Numbered from the stretch's first letter, positions 1 through 13,608 are shown. The stretch: 64,000 nucleotides of DNA from Haliotis rubra (GCF_003918875.1 NW_025767040.1:1-64000); one strand, 5' to 3'. Translations and numbers: made by a program. The notes: generated by a model from the letters alone, not told the origin.

Positions 1-440
1 TGACTCTACACATACCAGGTGTACTCGCATGACCATACAGGTACCCTGAATTGTTCAAGACTCAACACATATCAGAAGTGTTTATGACCCTACATAACAA
101 GTGTTCATGATCTACACACTAGCAGTGCTTCACGACCCAACAGATACCCACAAGTGTTCAAGTGACCATACACATATCAGAAGTGCTCATGACCTACAAG
201 GTACCTTAAGAAGCCAAAAGTGTTCATGGACCAACACAAACCCAAGAAGTGTTCATGACCCAGCACCGATCACAAGTGTTCTTGATCAAACAGACCCAAA
301 GAGTTCATGAGCCGACACATATCCAGAAGTGTTTTAGTACCCAATTACGTACGTAACGTTGTGTCTATGACCTAACACGAAGCAAAATTGTCTACTGACC
401 CTTCACGCACCAGAAGTGTTCAAGACCAAACAGATACCAA
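1..440. repeat. Degenerate ~33-bp minisatellite
   Basis: Recurrent core 'ccagaagtgttcatgacc...acac' about every 33 bp. ORF 101..310 is a by-product. Confidence 0.7.
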
Positions 441-1343
441 AAAAGGATTAATAGAGCAAGTAATTGTTGTTTAACGATGCTCAGAGCATGTAATGGCATT
501 CCGTTTCAAGGAATAATGTAAGTACAAAAATATCATGACGTCTTTATGTACGAACCATTTAGCAGTTGTAAATGTTAAAAATCTCTTAAAAGAAGAAACT
601 TACCTTTTGGGAAGTCTCGGTACGATTATTTAAAGGGTATGATATGTTTATGTCATTGCTTGATGCTCGTTGTATATGGATAGTTTCTAACTACGTCTTC
701 ACCTAGAGACTTGTATTCACCATGCTACTAATTGTTCAAGGACTATTGGAGTCGTCTGAGGACAACAGACATGAGTAAGTGAGCCAACTTGGCTTTATGC
801 TGCTCTGAGCAGAAAACAACTTGTCCAAATGATGTGGGAGGAACATTCGAACAAATGCAGTGCAAATACTTGGCTGAAGGCCACGAACAGGTATGATGCT
901 TGGTCGGCTAATATGTACTATCTGTGTAAAACAGCATATCATGACAAGCCTAAGGGTGCAACTCTGACGACGATTTAGAATACTGATACCCGTGTCCGCG
1001 AGTGTTCGTCCACAACTTAACAAACGTTGGGGTCGTGCAATGATACAGGGCTCAGTAATGAACAGTATGAATTGCCAGACAGTTTAGTTAACTATACTTA
1101 ATATCAGTGCACATTTCAACCAGAGTCCACATAATGGAGGCGTATATGATGACTTTGTACGTGTAGAATTTACATGTTTGCCTCAATAATGCCATTATGG
1201 ACTTATTGAATAGTCAGCTGTAATTTTCTTTTTGTGTCTCTTTCAAAGTTGTTTGTTAACTTTCAATTTGTCTGTTACACCTTTTCAGCATTACCGGTAT
1301 GTATTTCGTCTAGATTTTGATCATACTTAGAACTCCGCGTACA

Positions 1344-2370
1344 GTCTTGGTCTCACTACATGAACACAACTGGCAGTGGTAAGAAGCAGTCAACGTGGAG
1401 TCTTGGTCTCACTACATGAGACACAACTGGCAAGTGATAGAAGCAGATCAACGTGGAGTCTTGGTCTCACTACATGAACACAACTGGCAGTGGTAGAAGC
1501 AGTCAACGTGGAGTCTTGGTCTCACTACATGAACACAACTGGCAGTGGTAGAAGCAGTCAACGTGGAGTCTTGGTCTCACTACATGAACACAACTGGCAG
1601 TGGTAGAAGCAGTCAACGTGGGAGTCTTGGTGTCACTACATGAACACAATTGGCTGTGGTAGAAGCAGTCAACGTGGAGTCTTGGTCTCACTACATGAAC
1701 ACAATGCCGTCACTGGTAGAAGCAGTCAACGTGGAGTCTTGGTCTCACTACATGAACACAACTGGCAGTGGTAGAAGCAGTCAACGTGGAGTCTTGGTCT
1801 CACTACATGAACACAACTGGCGGTGGTAGAAGCAGTCAACGTGGAGTCTTGGCCTCACTACATGAACACAACTGGCAGTGGAAGAAGCAGTCAACATGGA
1901 GTCTTGGTCTCACTACATGAACGCAACTGGCTGTGATAGAAGCAGTCAACGTGGAGTCTTGGTCTCACCGTACGAACACAACTGGCTGTGATAGAAGCAG
2001 AGTCATGGTCTCACTACATGAACACAACTGGCTGTGGTAGAAGCAGTCAACGTGGAGTGGATCTCTTGAACACAACTCACTGGTAGAAGCAGTCAACATG
2101 GAGTCTTGGTCTCACTACATGAACACCACTGGCTGTGGTAGAAGCAGTCAACGTGGAGTCTTGGTCTCACTACATGCACGCAACTGGCTGTGGTAGAAGA
2201 AGTCAACGTTGAGTCTTGGTCTCACTACATGCACGCAACTGGCTGTGGTAGAAGCAGTCAACGTTGAGTCTTGGTCTCACTACATGCACGCAACTGGCTG
2301 TGGTAGAAGCAGTCAACGTGGAGTCGTGGTCGCACTGCATGAACGCAACTGGCTGTGATAGAAGCTGCCG
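1344..2370. repeat. 55-bp minisatellite, ~18 copies
   Basis: Unit gtcttggtctcactacatgaacacaactggcagtggtagaagcagtcaacgtgga. 'acgtg' recurs at 1506 and 1561. Units are head-to-tail with no spacers. Confidence 0.97.
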
Positions 2371-3139
2371 GTGTCGACGGCGATGTTGTGGGACGCCGTC
2401 TTGGAGGAACATACGACAATAATACTACATACTGACTCAGCGTACAACAGTATTTATGTATGGTATCACATGACCCTAAATAACGCGAAAGTAAGTGCCC
2501 TATATATTGGATCACGAAAGATATCCGTCAATGTTAAATTCTCTGGGAGAAATGTCAACACGAAGTCAAAGAGACACAGAAAACCCATTGATCGTATAGA
2601 TAACTCTATAAATATGTAATGTAGAGCAACTGTTGCCAATAATATACACACACATCCTGTTCGTTACAATTCCAGTCTTGACTATCCGCAGAAACTTCTG
2701 TTTGATGGAAAGGTAATAAACCTGTAATCATTTTATTAATCGACCCCTGAATTATGTGATGAACCACGTTTCGGTAAAAATGGTGGAGACGTCTTGTCCC
2801 ACTGGCAGTCCCCGCCATCCATACACTTGTCGTAGAAACAGGTTCAAATATGAACAGCCTGACGCCGCACGGCAGAACTTCTGCCATGCCATGTAAAACA
2901 AACCAGACAGATGAGCCAAAATTCCATTTTACTTTGTATAATTAGTGCTGAGGTGAATAGTTTCCGCTGCGTTCATTGAACGGTGTGAGTATTAACGTAT
3001 CGGACGAAACCTTTCTCTCTTTTTTGTTATTGGTATATGCTACTGTGGGTATGAGGAAGATCTCAGCCGATTCCTCTTTGATAAAACAGACAAGCAAGAG
3101 TATTGTGCTGACAATCATTGAAATTCATTAACAGGTTTG

Positions 3140-3339
3140 TTGGTTGGCTGGTTTGTTGTTTTAACGCCCAACTCAGCAATATTCCAACTGTGTAGCGGCG
3201 GTCTGTAAATAATCGTGTCTGGACCAGACAATCCAGTGATCACCATAATGAGCGTCGATCTACGCCATTGGGATACGATTACGTGTGTCAACCAAGTCCC
3301 GATCCTGTTAGACCATTTCTAACCCGCACATTCACGGGT
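3140..3339 (-). mobile_element. SINE family A copy, internally deleted
   Basis: Matches the family A body (cagcaatattcca...tctggaccagacaatccagtgatc) and has the ACCCGTGAA head at 3339. Confidence 0.75.
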
Positions 3340-4409
3340 CTCAGTAAATATGTACACAACCCCGAATACCAATACAGACTCTCGCATTTTAGTTTACGAG
3401 TTCCTCACACTTCACAATCACGCTAATGAGTAGGCGTCTCTCCCACTGAACACAACTGAGAGAAAACTTATCGTACATGTGGTTGGGTAACCCGAAGTGA
3501 TGACAAAGTTAGTGTATCATCGGGCTCGATTCACCACTTGGGTAAATGTTGAAGTCCAGCCTTGTTGTTCTCTTACTTCATATGGCTTCAATAAGGCAGG
3601 ATAAACTAACCCGCTATGGCGAAAACGAGGGGTTATGTTAGAGAGTGAGTGAGTGAGTTTAGTTTAGTTTAGTTTTACGCCACTTTTAGCAATATTCCAG
3701 TAAATTAAAATGGAAACCTGAAGATTGAATTTATATATTTTATAAAACTCTCTACACGTTTATTTATGTTCAGTTGGTATATACATACAGCTAAAATGTG
3801 ATCATACAAAAGATTCAAATTCTAAACATTTAGGTGCATCTGTAAAGGTCAACAATCAACACAGAATAATGAAGCAGTGGTTCTTAGTATGTTGTATAAG
3901 TATTTAAGCATTCTCCATGAAACTGTTTACATCAATTAAATAATACATTTCGTAGAATTAAAATCGCAACAAACATATACGAAGAGAATTAACTTTATGG
4001 AAATTAAAGGGTAAACCTATCCACCAATCACTTTATCCTTAATCAGTTTTTAGCGGGAATTAACGAAGAAAAAGTGAGACCATTCCCAACATCGAAAGAA
4101 CTAGCCCTGCATATCACATAAAGGGACATAACTCTGCTGCACGTATATGGAGTCAACATTGTACAGAAGGATCACTGAAAGGTTGACGCCACCCTACAAA
4201 AAACATTGCATCTACCCAGCACGCTCGCAGCATGAAATAAGATCTAGGACGTGCAGGTTTGGGATATTATCCATCAAATATATTCAATTTAGTTGCTACT
4301 ATTTCTACAATAACATCTTACCTTGCTTTAAGGGCATCTTAAGATTTTAATTTTCATCCAACAATTTATGGTTGAGCAAGCAAATACGAAATGTTGTATA
4401 GTTGGTTGC

Positions 4410-4591
4410 AACTATTATTACTTCTGCTGCTGCCGCTGTCACTTCTGCTGCTGCTGCTACTCCTACTACTATACTAGTTACTACTACTAATATTTATACT
4501 AAACATATCGCTGCTGCTGCTACTATAGCTACTACTTCTGTACTACTACTACCACTAATACTAATACTAATGTTAAACATATCGCTGCTAC
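4410..4591. repeat. (ACT/GCT)n trinucleotide microsatellite
   Basis: Runs of act/gct. The tract resumes at 6242, after the Tc1 insertion. Confidence 0.8.
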
Positions 4592-4593
4592 TA

Positions 4594-6241
4594 AACTGAG
4601 GGGCAAAAGAAACGTCCCCGATCATTTTTTGTATCATAAAATGATACAAACACGTGCAATTCAATGTTGAAATGTTTGATATAATTTTGAACATATTATG
4701 CAGACTGTCATTACAGAACAATTGAAACAATTGCTGTAAAGTAGAGTTTTTGTGACGTTTTCACAGGAGGTTTCAAATGTCGATTTTTAGATCGCGACAA
4801 CACATGCACATCCGAGTACTGATGGCAGGAGTGTCTTTGAGTGTCCAACTCCTCAGCAGCGGAGATGTGTCCACCTCTTGCAGCGACATATGCCGCTGCC
4901 ACACGACGTCAGTACGTTAGAGTGCACGAGACGTCGATCACGTGATGCCTGGGGATGCGCACGCCATTCTTCCGCATAGAGCTTGGTTTCAAAGTGCTTC
5001 TCATCTATGGGGGATGTTAGCGTTGGCCAACCTGACGACGGCCCGAGATATGGATCCGGTTTTTAGGGTGCTCATGGGTGAGAGTAGATAAGAGTTCTTA
5101 CAGCCAAAGAATAACGTTGCACGCGGCGGTCGCTCCAGTGGGAAGTTCCGGTAACAAGGCCAGCAGTGTGCAGGGTAAGCTTCATCCTGCTGGAAACAAT
5201 AGCGCCTCGCAGATCTTGCTGGAGGTGCGGGGTCGACCAGGTAGTAAAGAACACTCGTCGTATCGATGGGCACCAGGGCGTGGGTTTCTCATCGCCTCAC
5301 TACTTTGTTGGTCGGTCTTCCTCTGCGCCGCTGAAATTCCCCTCGCACCCACCATCTTTCGCCGCCAACAGCGTCAACTTCCTTGAAGCGCCAGCAGCGT
5401 GCTGTAAGCGGTCGTTCCGTATCCTGCTGGATTGCTTCAATCTCCGTACCATCCGAACCACGGTTCAGCTGCAGGCGGCTCTGCACCTGGGCAAGAGTAC
5501 CCGGTGCGAGTTCCCGCGAAGCTCGCCACCTGCAGAACTCCGGCATGCCAAAGCTCAACTGATCATCGATGATGTTCACGCGTTAACGATCAACGTCCGC
5601 CCGGAATAGTCTGTAGGCTCTGATGCCAGAATCAGTAAGTCGTCTGGATATGGTCCCTTCTACTGACTGGATGGGTAAGGCTGGTTGTTGCATTGATGAC
5701 GTCACGATCAGGAATCTGTTGCGCAAATTGAAGCACCCGTAAATGTGGCGGTCTTCCTGGGAAGTGGTTACGGGTGGTCTCCCTGTCCTAGGCCTGTCTG
5801 CCAGAGTCCGACCTGTTGTTCTGAAGCGTGTCATCAGTCTGGTGATGGTTTTCTTGCCCTGCAGCCCATGATTCTTACCCAGCGTGACTGTGAGAAGCAC
5901 CCAGCTGCAACATCCCAATGGCTCGTTCGTTCTGTTTCTGCCGTGAGTCGAGGGGCATGTTCTTTGTATTCAAAGTATTGATGTGATGAATTCCGAACAG
6001 TCAAGCATAATTTTTATATTGTAGCTTTCCATGCGGGTATGACACCCACAGAAGCATGCAAAAGAGCGTGAATAAAAGCAATTTTCATGCTTACAAAAAC
6101 TCCGCGTGGATTTCCTTTCCTGTGGGACTTAGGGATGCGTTCGGGAGATCATGTTCCTAAATAAATTTCCGTCATAACGAAAACAGGAGAAATGTTTTTT
6201 ACAATTTTACTTTAGGGGACGTTTTCTTTTGCCCCTCAGTT
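4594..6241 (-). mobile_element. Tc1-family DNA transposon, full length, defective transposase
   Basis: TIRs aactgaggggcaaaagaaacgtcccc (4594) and ggggacgttttcttttgcccctcagtt (to 6241), each flanked by TA. Minus-strand motifs from an ATG near 5958: TITRLMTRFRTTG..DRPRTGRPPVTT.QEDRHI, FQQD.A.P, a degenerate SPDLSPIEH and ARGGH. Confidence 0.92.
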
Positions 6242-6879
6242 TACTACTGATGATAATGAGGTACTTATTGCTAGAACCACTTCCTTTGTACGGACACTTA
6301 GAACTACTGTAGTACTACTGTAGTAAAATACAATAGTTCACGAAATTGAGAAAGCTGACATGAGAGGGAATGAATTATTGGAAATAATCAATAAATGTTG
6401 CTAATAAGAACACGATATGTGTAAACATAATTGACAAAAATGTTTCTATACTTTACATATTTATAGACTTATCTATACAGATGGGGGTTTAATGTTAGTT
6501 TTACCTTTGCCATTTCTCCCAAAGAATTCAGTGTTAATTGCAATCTTCCATGAAACAATTCAATGGGCACTTCCTATCTCTTTTCTTTGAGGTCATTTGA
6601 TACCATATATGGAAACTGTTGCTTGCAGAATCAGAATTGCGTATTGTTGGCGCATTTCCCTTCAATTACTCCGTTTAGTTGGGTAGCCGTCCAACAACCA
6701 ACACCGACTGGCTTCTATCAGTGACGCTTATGTAATGTGACGCATACTGCACGTTTAGTTCTATGATCAAACCAGGAGGATCAGACACATGCTGGTAATG
6801 CTGAAAGCCACAATTTTGAAAGTTAACAATTAATTTTGGAAAAGAGAAAAGACAATTTACAGCTGACAATTCTATATCA

Positions 6880-7225
6880 GCACATGGCAGCAAACTTGTA
6901 AATTCTAAATGTATAAAGTCATCATTCTATATAAATACCTGATAGAAAAACATGTAAACATTAAATGTACAAAGTCATCATGCCTACATTAACACATGCC
7001 AGCAAACTTGTAAATTCTAAATGTATAAAAGTCATCACATCTATATTTACACATGCCAGCAAACTTGTAAATTCTAAATGTATAAAAGTCATCACATCTA
7101 TATTAACACATGCCAGCAAACTTGTAAATTTAAATGTACAAAGTCATCACGTCAATATTAACACATGCCAGCAAACTTGTAAATTCTAAATGTATAAAGT
7201 CATCACGTCTATATTAACACACATA
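6880..7225. repeat. ~56-57-bp minisatellite, ~6 copies
   Basis: Unit aacacatgccagcaaacttgtaaattctaaatgtataaaagtcatcacatctatatt. Confidence 0.9.
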
Positions 7226-8122
7226 ATAAAAGACCTCTTCGTTCACAGTACGTAAACATGCCTTTACCGTGTCCAACCGTGACAAGAATAACGTAATGCT
7301 ATAATATCATTCAGATACACTTTATATGTACAACAGCTTCATAATATTTGCAATAGTTTGGTATAGATAGTTATACATAGTCAAATATCTCTTTAATTCC
7401 AATATAGCAAAAGGTTCTATGTTGTTGTAGTCGGTGGGTTAGCCTTGTGGTTAAAGAGTCACGGAGAAATTCCTGTCAAACAAATTACATATCAATTGCC
7501 GTTATTGTGCCGGTATGTATATTCGATCGCATGAGACTGCCCAAAATTCATTTCTAACCATGACGTGTTGGTTTTAGAATACGTTCACTGTCTATAAGAA
7601 TGGGCCGAGATAACTTTGACGTAGCACACTAAACCATGTCGCCATGAGTCAATATTTCAGTAGTACATTAACACCTGTCGCCATCCTTGGGCTCTGTTGC
7701 ATATATTCCCACTCTGACTGTTCTCAAAACGTGAAATATATTGATAAAATACTCGCTGTGGACACTAATGCAATTGTGACAGGAATTGTACTATGCGTAA
7801 TAAAGATCATAACGAGACGGAGATGGCCGTGCCTGCATCAGAGATACCATTCCACTTCAGCATAAGAGGGCATTTCCGACGTGCGTTATTCAAAGCCGAC
7901 CCACACGTGTACAGTATAATCAGCACACTTCGAAGAGGTCTTGCGAACTATGCAAATATTTCCACTAAGAGAAATGTTGTTAAAGAAATATAAGAAGGCA
8001 CGAAAAACAATTCAGGTTTACTTTTTCATATTCTCGATTATTACCGAATATATACAGCCAGAATATTGCTGAATGTGGAGTTAAACAAAACACAAACACA
8101 TATAAAAGGCGCGTGCAAACTA

Positions 8123-8280
8123 TACCCATGGAAACAAATAAGGGACACATGAAAATACAAGTGTTCCTATATTTATTTCCAGAATTTCACCACAGTGCAA
8201 TACATACCTTGTGAAGAAACCTGGAAAGAATATAGGAACATTGTACTTTCATGTGTTCCCTTATTTGTTTTCCATGAATA
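8123..8280. mobile_element. Palindromic MITE (~155 bp, TA-flanked, Tc1/mariner-type)
   Basis: Long inverted arms catggaaacaaataagggacacatgaaa / tttcatgtgttcccttatttgttttccatg. Further copies at ~22450-22600 and ~25758-25890. Confidence 0.85.
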
Positions 8281-8833
8281 TATTATCTTTGTTCAGGGCT
8301 CGACCTGTAATTGTAACTGATCCATATAATCTCCGATAGCATATGAGGCCAGTTCGTCAGAGAAATCATTCCACGTGCATCAAGCATACCCATTCAAGAT
8401 AGCACACAAAACTATACAGACTTCTGTACCTTGCAAACATTTTTCATCAACAGCGTAGTTTGTCACAAAGTTTAAACGTACTCATATGGACGGTTTGGGG
8501 GCTGGGTACATGTAGCTTCGCCATCGGGTTACTGGTGCATGGTTACGCGTACAGTCAGGTTGTGACAACGATGTAACAGGAAAGCGTGGCAACAATATAA
8601 TTGAAAAGCGATTTCGCTGAAACCTCAAATAACCTTTACCAACCATGGGAGGAAGGTAACTAGAAGCGAGAAGGGCCAAATGGCACACTGAATGTATAGT
8701 ACTTCATCTATGAAAATGTCGCCTTATATCACAGGTGGATGGGTATTTTATAGACCATGATGTGAATTTCGTTTTCTTGTGACTGGGAAATACATAATCA
8801 GTGTTCATTGTTATCCATTTTGACAGTAATGAC

Positions 8834-9822
8834 TAGGGCTGGATATTACCCTGATTCTCATATTGCGATATATTGCAGTGATTTAAAGATATTGAGATAC
8901 ATGTTGTCATATATCTACTGGGATTTTTCTGCCCAAGTGCGTACATCATAAATTCATAATAGCTCTCTGTGTGTGACACCATTTGCTTAGTTGTTGTACC
9001 ACCATACCTTCAGGCTCCCCGTCCCCATTGTGTATGGCTGTATGCCAGTGGTTTACAGATACATTATATAGAGCCTTAATGTGGAATATTTAATTGAAGT
9101 ATTGCAGCAATGTTTTGTGAACATAATAAAGGTAATAGTGTAACATTATTTTCATGATCAGCGTTGTTTGCTTCAACAGAATGCACTTCAATGCAGTATG
9201 TAATTATTGTTACTGTATGTCAGTCATTCATTCAGATTTAACCCCAATATAAACATGCGTTAACATGAACTATTGGAAAAAGAAACATAAACATGATTGA
9301 AGTGAACTATTTGAGCTTAAAATCTCATGTTATCTCTAATAACTAAGATCCTTATCATACTGGCCTAAATTAATAAGATTTAGGCCTTTATGATATATTT
9401 ATAGCATATGTCCCAATATGAAACAAACAATAGTAACAAAAGTATGTGAATTGTGAAATGGACACTCAGATCCAGAGGCTCTACTAATAATTCCAAATAT
9501 AAAAAAATTGGTCCATTTGAGGCCCCTTAATTCTTCCAAAAATGGCCCATATGAAACCATTCAAACCCACCAAACTTGAAGCATTTGGTAGAATATTTGG
9601 CACTTTCGAGCCATTTTCCTATTGAAAAATGTAACATGAAACCAATAGAAATAAAAGTATATTTGGCACTTTTAGAGCACGTTTTGTTGCTATGGAAATC
9701 AACAGTAGTAGATAATTCAAAGGATGCTAACTCTGGATGACCAAATATATTGCAGAATCTGAATCACATCGTGATATTCGTACCAATATATACCGGTTTA
9801 CCGATACTATTGCCCAGTCCTC
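8834..9822. mobile_element. Non-autonomous hAT element
   Basis: 8-bp TSD gtaatgac at 8826-8833 and 9823-9830. Termini tagggctgg / ccagtcctc. No coding capacity. Confidence 0.8.
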
Positions 9823-10074
9823 GTAATGACGCCCAAACCCATCAGGAAACATTGTACCTGGATTTAGCACATGGGTTCAAGAATACTGAACTAGTCAACA
9901 CTATCAATTCCATTCCAGTGAACCCATATTTAGGATGGAATGAGCAGAAATTAAAATGTATCGAAATTTCCTCTTTCGTTTCCTGCTTTGAAAACAACTT
10001 TAGGTATACCGTGTCCACATTCAGTATTCTAGTGGCGGCGGTAGAATAGGTTAACTAAGCGCTAGAATGGGTCA

Positions 10075-10305
10075 CCACAAAGAAAACTAGCGCTACCCTT
10101 TTTCACCACAAGGCAAACTAGCACTACCCTTCATCTCAACAAGGCAAACTAGCACTACCCTTCATCTCAACAAGGCAAACTAGCACTGCCCTTCATCTCA
10201 ACAAGGCAAATTAGCACTGCCCTTCATCTCAACTAAGCAAATTAGCACTACCCTACTTCTCCTCAAGGCAAACTAACAATACCCTTCTTCTCCACAAGGC
10301 AACTT
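10075..10305. repeat. 31-bp minisatellite, ~7 copies
   Basis: Unit caaggcaaactagcactacccttcatctcaa, just downstream of the ankyrin gene stop. Confidence 0.9.
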
Positions 10306-10507
10306 AATACGGGGCTCTGCAGATAGTGTGTGTCATCCCACTCTGAAGACAAACCAGTATGTTGTGGATTCCATGTGTCCGTAAATGCAAGCCGAAGAGT
10401 ACTAACTTTAAGTATTGCCATACTCCAAATACTCAGTCTTTCCTAGGTGTAGCTGTCACTTTCCAAATGGCCGATGGATGTATAGAAGACTGAACATTAC
10501 GCATCCT

Positions 10508-13500
10508 TTAGGTGTTGGTATTTGCACCTTTGTTTAACAATCGGTTGATTACTTCATCGCATGAATAGTACAATGGCGTCTTTCCTTTCTTATCTTCCGT
10601 GTTGACATCAGCGCCTTTGTTTAACAGAAGGGCTACAATATCCCGAAATCCCTCTCTACATGCTCCATGAATCGGCATCTGGCCATTCTTGTCAACTGTA
10701 TTAATGTCAGCTCCTTGTTCCAAAAGATAAGTCACAACACTGACTTCTCCAATGGAGCATTGCGAATAAAGTGGGGTTTTGACCTTGTGTGTCTCTCGTA
10801 TTGACATCTGCACCTTTTTCCAAAAAGTTTGGTCATAGCATGGAAGTTGATACTGCAACATGCATACCTAAGTGGGGTGAAACCTTTCCTGTCTCTTTCG
10901 TGGACATCTGCACCATTTTTCCAACAACATGCCCACAATGTCATTCTTTTTTTAGTTCACATGAACAGTGCAATGGCGTCTTTCCTTTCTTATCTTTTGT
11001 GTTGACATCAGCGCCTTTGTTCAACAGAAGGGCGACAATATCCTTTGAACCCTCTCTACATGCTCCATGAATCGGCATCTGGCCATTCTTGTCAGCTGTA
11101 TTAATGTCAGCTCCTTGTTCTAAAAGATATGTCACAACACTGACTTCTCCAATGGAACAGTTTACGTGGAGAGCAGTTTGCCCCTTGTGTCTTTCGAATT
11201 GATGTCTGCACCTTTTTCAAAAGATGGAGTCAAACACTGAATGTATTTGAGTGTAACATGCATACCCTAGTGGGGTGTAACCTTTCTTGTCTTCCGCATA
11301 GAGGTCAGAACCATTGTCCAACAACAGCCCCACTACATCAGCCCTTCCGTACTCACATGAGTAGTGCAATGGTGTCTTACCTTTGCAAATCATTGTAGTT
11401 AATATTTGCGCCTTTCTCTAACAAAGGGGTGACAATATCCTTGAACCCTCTATACATGCTCCATGGAGCGGCATCTGACCATCCTTGTCAGCCATATTAA
11501 TGTCAGCTCCTTGTTCCAAAAGATAAATCACAACATTGACTTGTCCAATAGAGCAGTTTTCCTGCAGAGCTGTTCGACCTTTTGCATCCCTCGTATTGAT
11601 ATCAGCACCTTTTCCCAAAAGTTCAAACAAGGGCTGGATGTTTTACTGTTGCAGAATGTCTGAGTGGGGTGAAACCTTCATTGTCTTTCATATTGACGTC
11701 AGCACCCTTGCCAACAGCACGCTTACAATATCATTTGTCTTGTACTCACAAGAATAGTGCAATGGCGTCTTACCTTTGTGATCATTTGCATTGACACGTG
11801 CTCCTTTGTGTAACAGAAGGTTGACTATATCTTTAAATCCTTCTGTACATGCCCCGTGAAGGGGTTTCTCCTTTTGTTACTTATGTTAATGTCTGCTCCA
11901 TGTTCTATAAGGAAAGACACAAAGAGAATTTTCAAACGAACATTGAGTATTAAAGTGGAGTTTGACCCTCATTATCTCTGGTATTGATGTCGCTCCATTT
12001 TTTCAAAACTTGAACCAGGTGTTGGTATTGCTGCTAACACAAGCATGTTCGAGGCGCGGTGTACCCATACTCATCTCTGATATTGACGTCTGCACCATTT
12101 TCTGGCAATATACTAGCCAGCAGCTCACCAGAAGCCTTTGATGCTGATACCATTAAAGGTGTTTGCTGATAAGCATTTGTGCAGTTAATTTCAGTTCCTT
12201 TGTAAAATACCCAAAGGTAGTTCATTGATAACTCAGAACTGTGTTCACAAATACCAAAAATGCAATCTTCTTGTTGATCTGATGACAATTCAGTTGCACC
12301 ACAGATGTGTTTTAGAAGTTTCTCCGACTTGCTACTCATGGAAAATAGAGGAAAGAGTTTTGTGTTTCCTTATCGATCAGGTCAGCAACGTTCACGACCG
12401 AGGTATAGATGCCATGGCTTCCATGAATTCAACAACAAGCTCGTTATCGTGAAAGATTCATGTGATAAAAGCAAACTGTATATTTAATGTGTTAACTTCG
12501 CGTTGCAGTCTTTGGATAAGGAGGTGTCACGAATTCGCGTTTTATATTCCTGGTCATGCAGCATGTATCACTGAGGTCATGCTGAAAATGGGTCAAATCG
12601 CACTCTTTCGTTAAGAAACGTCAAGCTACAATTTTTTCTATAACGAACTTTGGATGCTGTCCACACACAACAGACACCCAGCACTCTCCTTAAATTGATG
12701 AATGCTGAAATGATATTACACTTCCATCCATTGATAGATATGTTCCTTTTAGGGGCTGGCATGTATCATACGGCTCAAAATAGCGTTCCTCATCTTCGAT
12801 GCTGCTTAAAGATCAAACGACCCACCATTCTTCAACATTTGCCTCCACAATATACTTACGACTGTTTTGTTACCCATTAGTGATTCATTGTTTCGTTTAA
12901 AACTGGAATAGGATTCAGGAAAGAGAGTCTGTCATCGTCCTTTTGTATGGTAATTCATTAGCATATGGCAACCTGGGGAATCCATGCAAGAGAGTTCCTT
13001 GAACACACTTTTACCACAGTGTCCTTATCAACTATGATTTCGTTTCTTCTGTGCGATTCCCAGATCTTAACTCTTTCAGAGATGAACTCTTCTGGGTACC
13101 AAATCGAGGTTGTCATTTTGTGCTAGGTCAACTCTGTGCATTCGTCATTAAGTAACAGTTTAGAAAATTTATTGAAATAATGAGTTGCTACTGTGAGTAC
13201 ATCAGTTCTGCTTGTCAGAATATAACATGATGTCACGGAGGCATTGCGATTTGAGTGTTTACCTTTGTGTTCTGGAAGTTTGCAAATATCCATGACCACA
13301 CTTTCCCATTTGAAATGACTCTTGTTAGATGAAAACTGCCCAAATATATCGTCGATCATTATGACAGACTCACTGCTGTCAGACTGTATATGTTCCTCTG
13401 GTGTTCGTACTTCATACACTGGTCTTTCATCTTGAGATAATGCTGTAATATTAAGTAGCCTAATGTAGACTTCCCATCCTTGGGGCACCCACCTGTAATC

Positions 13501-13608
13501 ACGTGATGCATCCGGCACCTTTACCAATCTTATTGTCAATAAGTATTTCAGTTGCTTTGGTTTTTATCATACCATTAGTCCATATGCTCAAAAATTCTTC
13601 ATTTCTGT
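10508..13608 (-). CDS. Large terminal exon: NTPase, helical region, ~15 ankyrin repeats (multiple frameshifts)
   Basis: Acceptor tttttattacag at 13609-13620. Walker A-like VITGGCPKDGKSTLG (~13500-13460), Walker B VIMIDDIFG, CYILTSRTDVL. Ankyrin consensus in ORF fragments, e.g. GQMPIHGACREGFRDIVALLLNKGADVN. Stop at 10508-10510. Confidence 0.9.

Noticed and set aside
1344-2370. CRISPR-like array
   Set aside because: Contiguous 55-bp units with no unique spacers, no cas genes, and a eukaryotic context.
5078-5609. GC-rich plus-strand ORFs suggesting a horizontally acquired bacterial gene
   Set aside because: They lie antisense within the Tc1 transposase region, whose motifs are still traceable, and show no recognisable domain.
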